From the NCBI RefSeq assembly GCF_032191835.1, contig NC_083224.1:163680001-163744000 (forward strand): a stretch of 64,000 nucleotides of DNA, in the 5' to 3' direction. The notes under the pieces are model-generated. The model searched no databases, was not told the origin of the DNA, and saw only the letters and a list, made by a program, of their open reading frames with translations. This DNA comes from Heteronotia binoei (lineage: Eukaryota). Below are positions 63,701-64,000 of the stretch, in pieces. The translations under genes were made by a program, and so were the position numbers. The first letter of the stretch is position 1, and every line of letters begins with the position of its first letter.

Positions 63701-64000
63701 GCAGCAATTTTTATGTGTGGAACTATTGTGCCCAGTTCAGTATTCTTTCTTGTATTGTCTGATGTTAAATTCTTCTAAGTTTTGACGTTTAAGCCCTGAT
63801 TATATGCATCTATATGAATTTAATGGGTTGGATCCTGAAAACTACGAATGCAGGGATGGCTGTGGATCTGTCCCATTTTCCCCAGGAGCATGCTCAAAAA
63901 AGCTGTTGGGAGAGGCAGAGGAGTTGCAGGGACAAAATTACAGGGCTTGGGTGGAAGGGCAAGATAGGTAGGAATAACAGTTCTAAGTTTCCCCTCCTCA

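Noticed and set aside
59706-64000. UCHL5 exon 4 (VINNACATQA)
   Set aside because: Not found; presumably beyond the right edge.

Overview
Vertebrate genomic DNA, most likely a squamate and probably a gecko judging by its SINE, hAT-MITE and Penelope repeats. The window holds the conserved CDC73-GLRX2-RO60-UCHL5 block. (1) CDC73/parafibromin, minus strand: coding exons 1-6 (17999 to 729); the gene continues past the left edge, and intron 6 starts with a GC donor. (2) GLRX2, plus strand: complete, 4 exons (18580-25826), 145 aa, CSYC active site. It lies head-to-head with CDC73 on one CpG island, with 580 nt between the ATGs. (3) RO60/TROVE2, minus strand: complete, 8 coding exons (51522 to 41593), 538 aa, probably with a long (~7 kb) 3' UTR. 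(4) UCHL5/UCH37, plus strand: exons 1-3 (55525-59705), head-to-head with RO60 on a second CpG island; later exons were not found in the window. All 21 coding exons have splice sites whose phases join into open frames. Introns carry nested hAT and Tigger-type MITEs (several with perfect 8-bp TSDs), L2/CR1 fragments, tRNA- and 5S-derived SINEs, and Penelope relics with decayed hammerhead motifs. Most notable: RO60 has Ile in place of the MIDAS metal-ligand Thr445, plus further changes in its vWFA domain. Also notable are a candidate RO60 5' UTR cassette exon that creates a uORF abutting the start codon, a replicated hAT/Penelope chimeric element, candidate alternative GLRX2 first exons, and a possible U109-type scaRNA in UCHL5 intron 1. 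Comparisons with human proteins and loci are from memory and need checking. I saw no new multi-gene system, no CRISPR array and no Y RNA.
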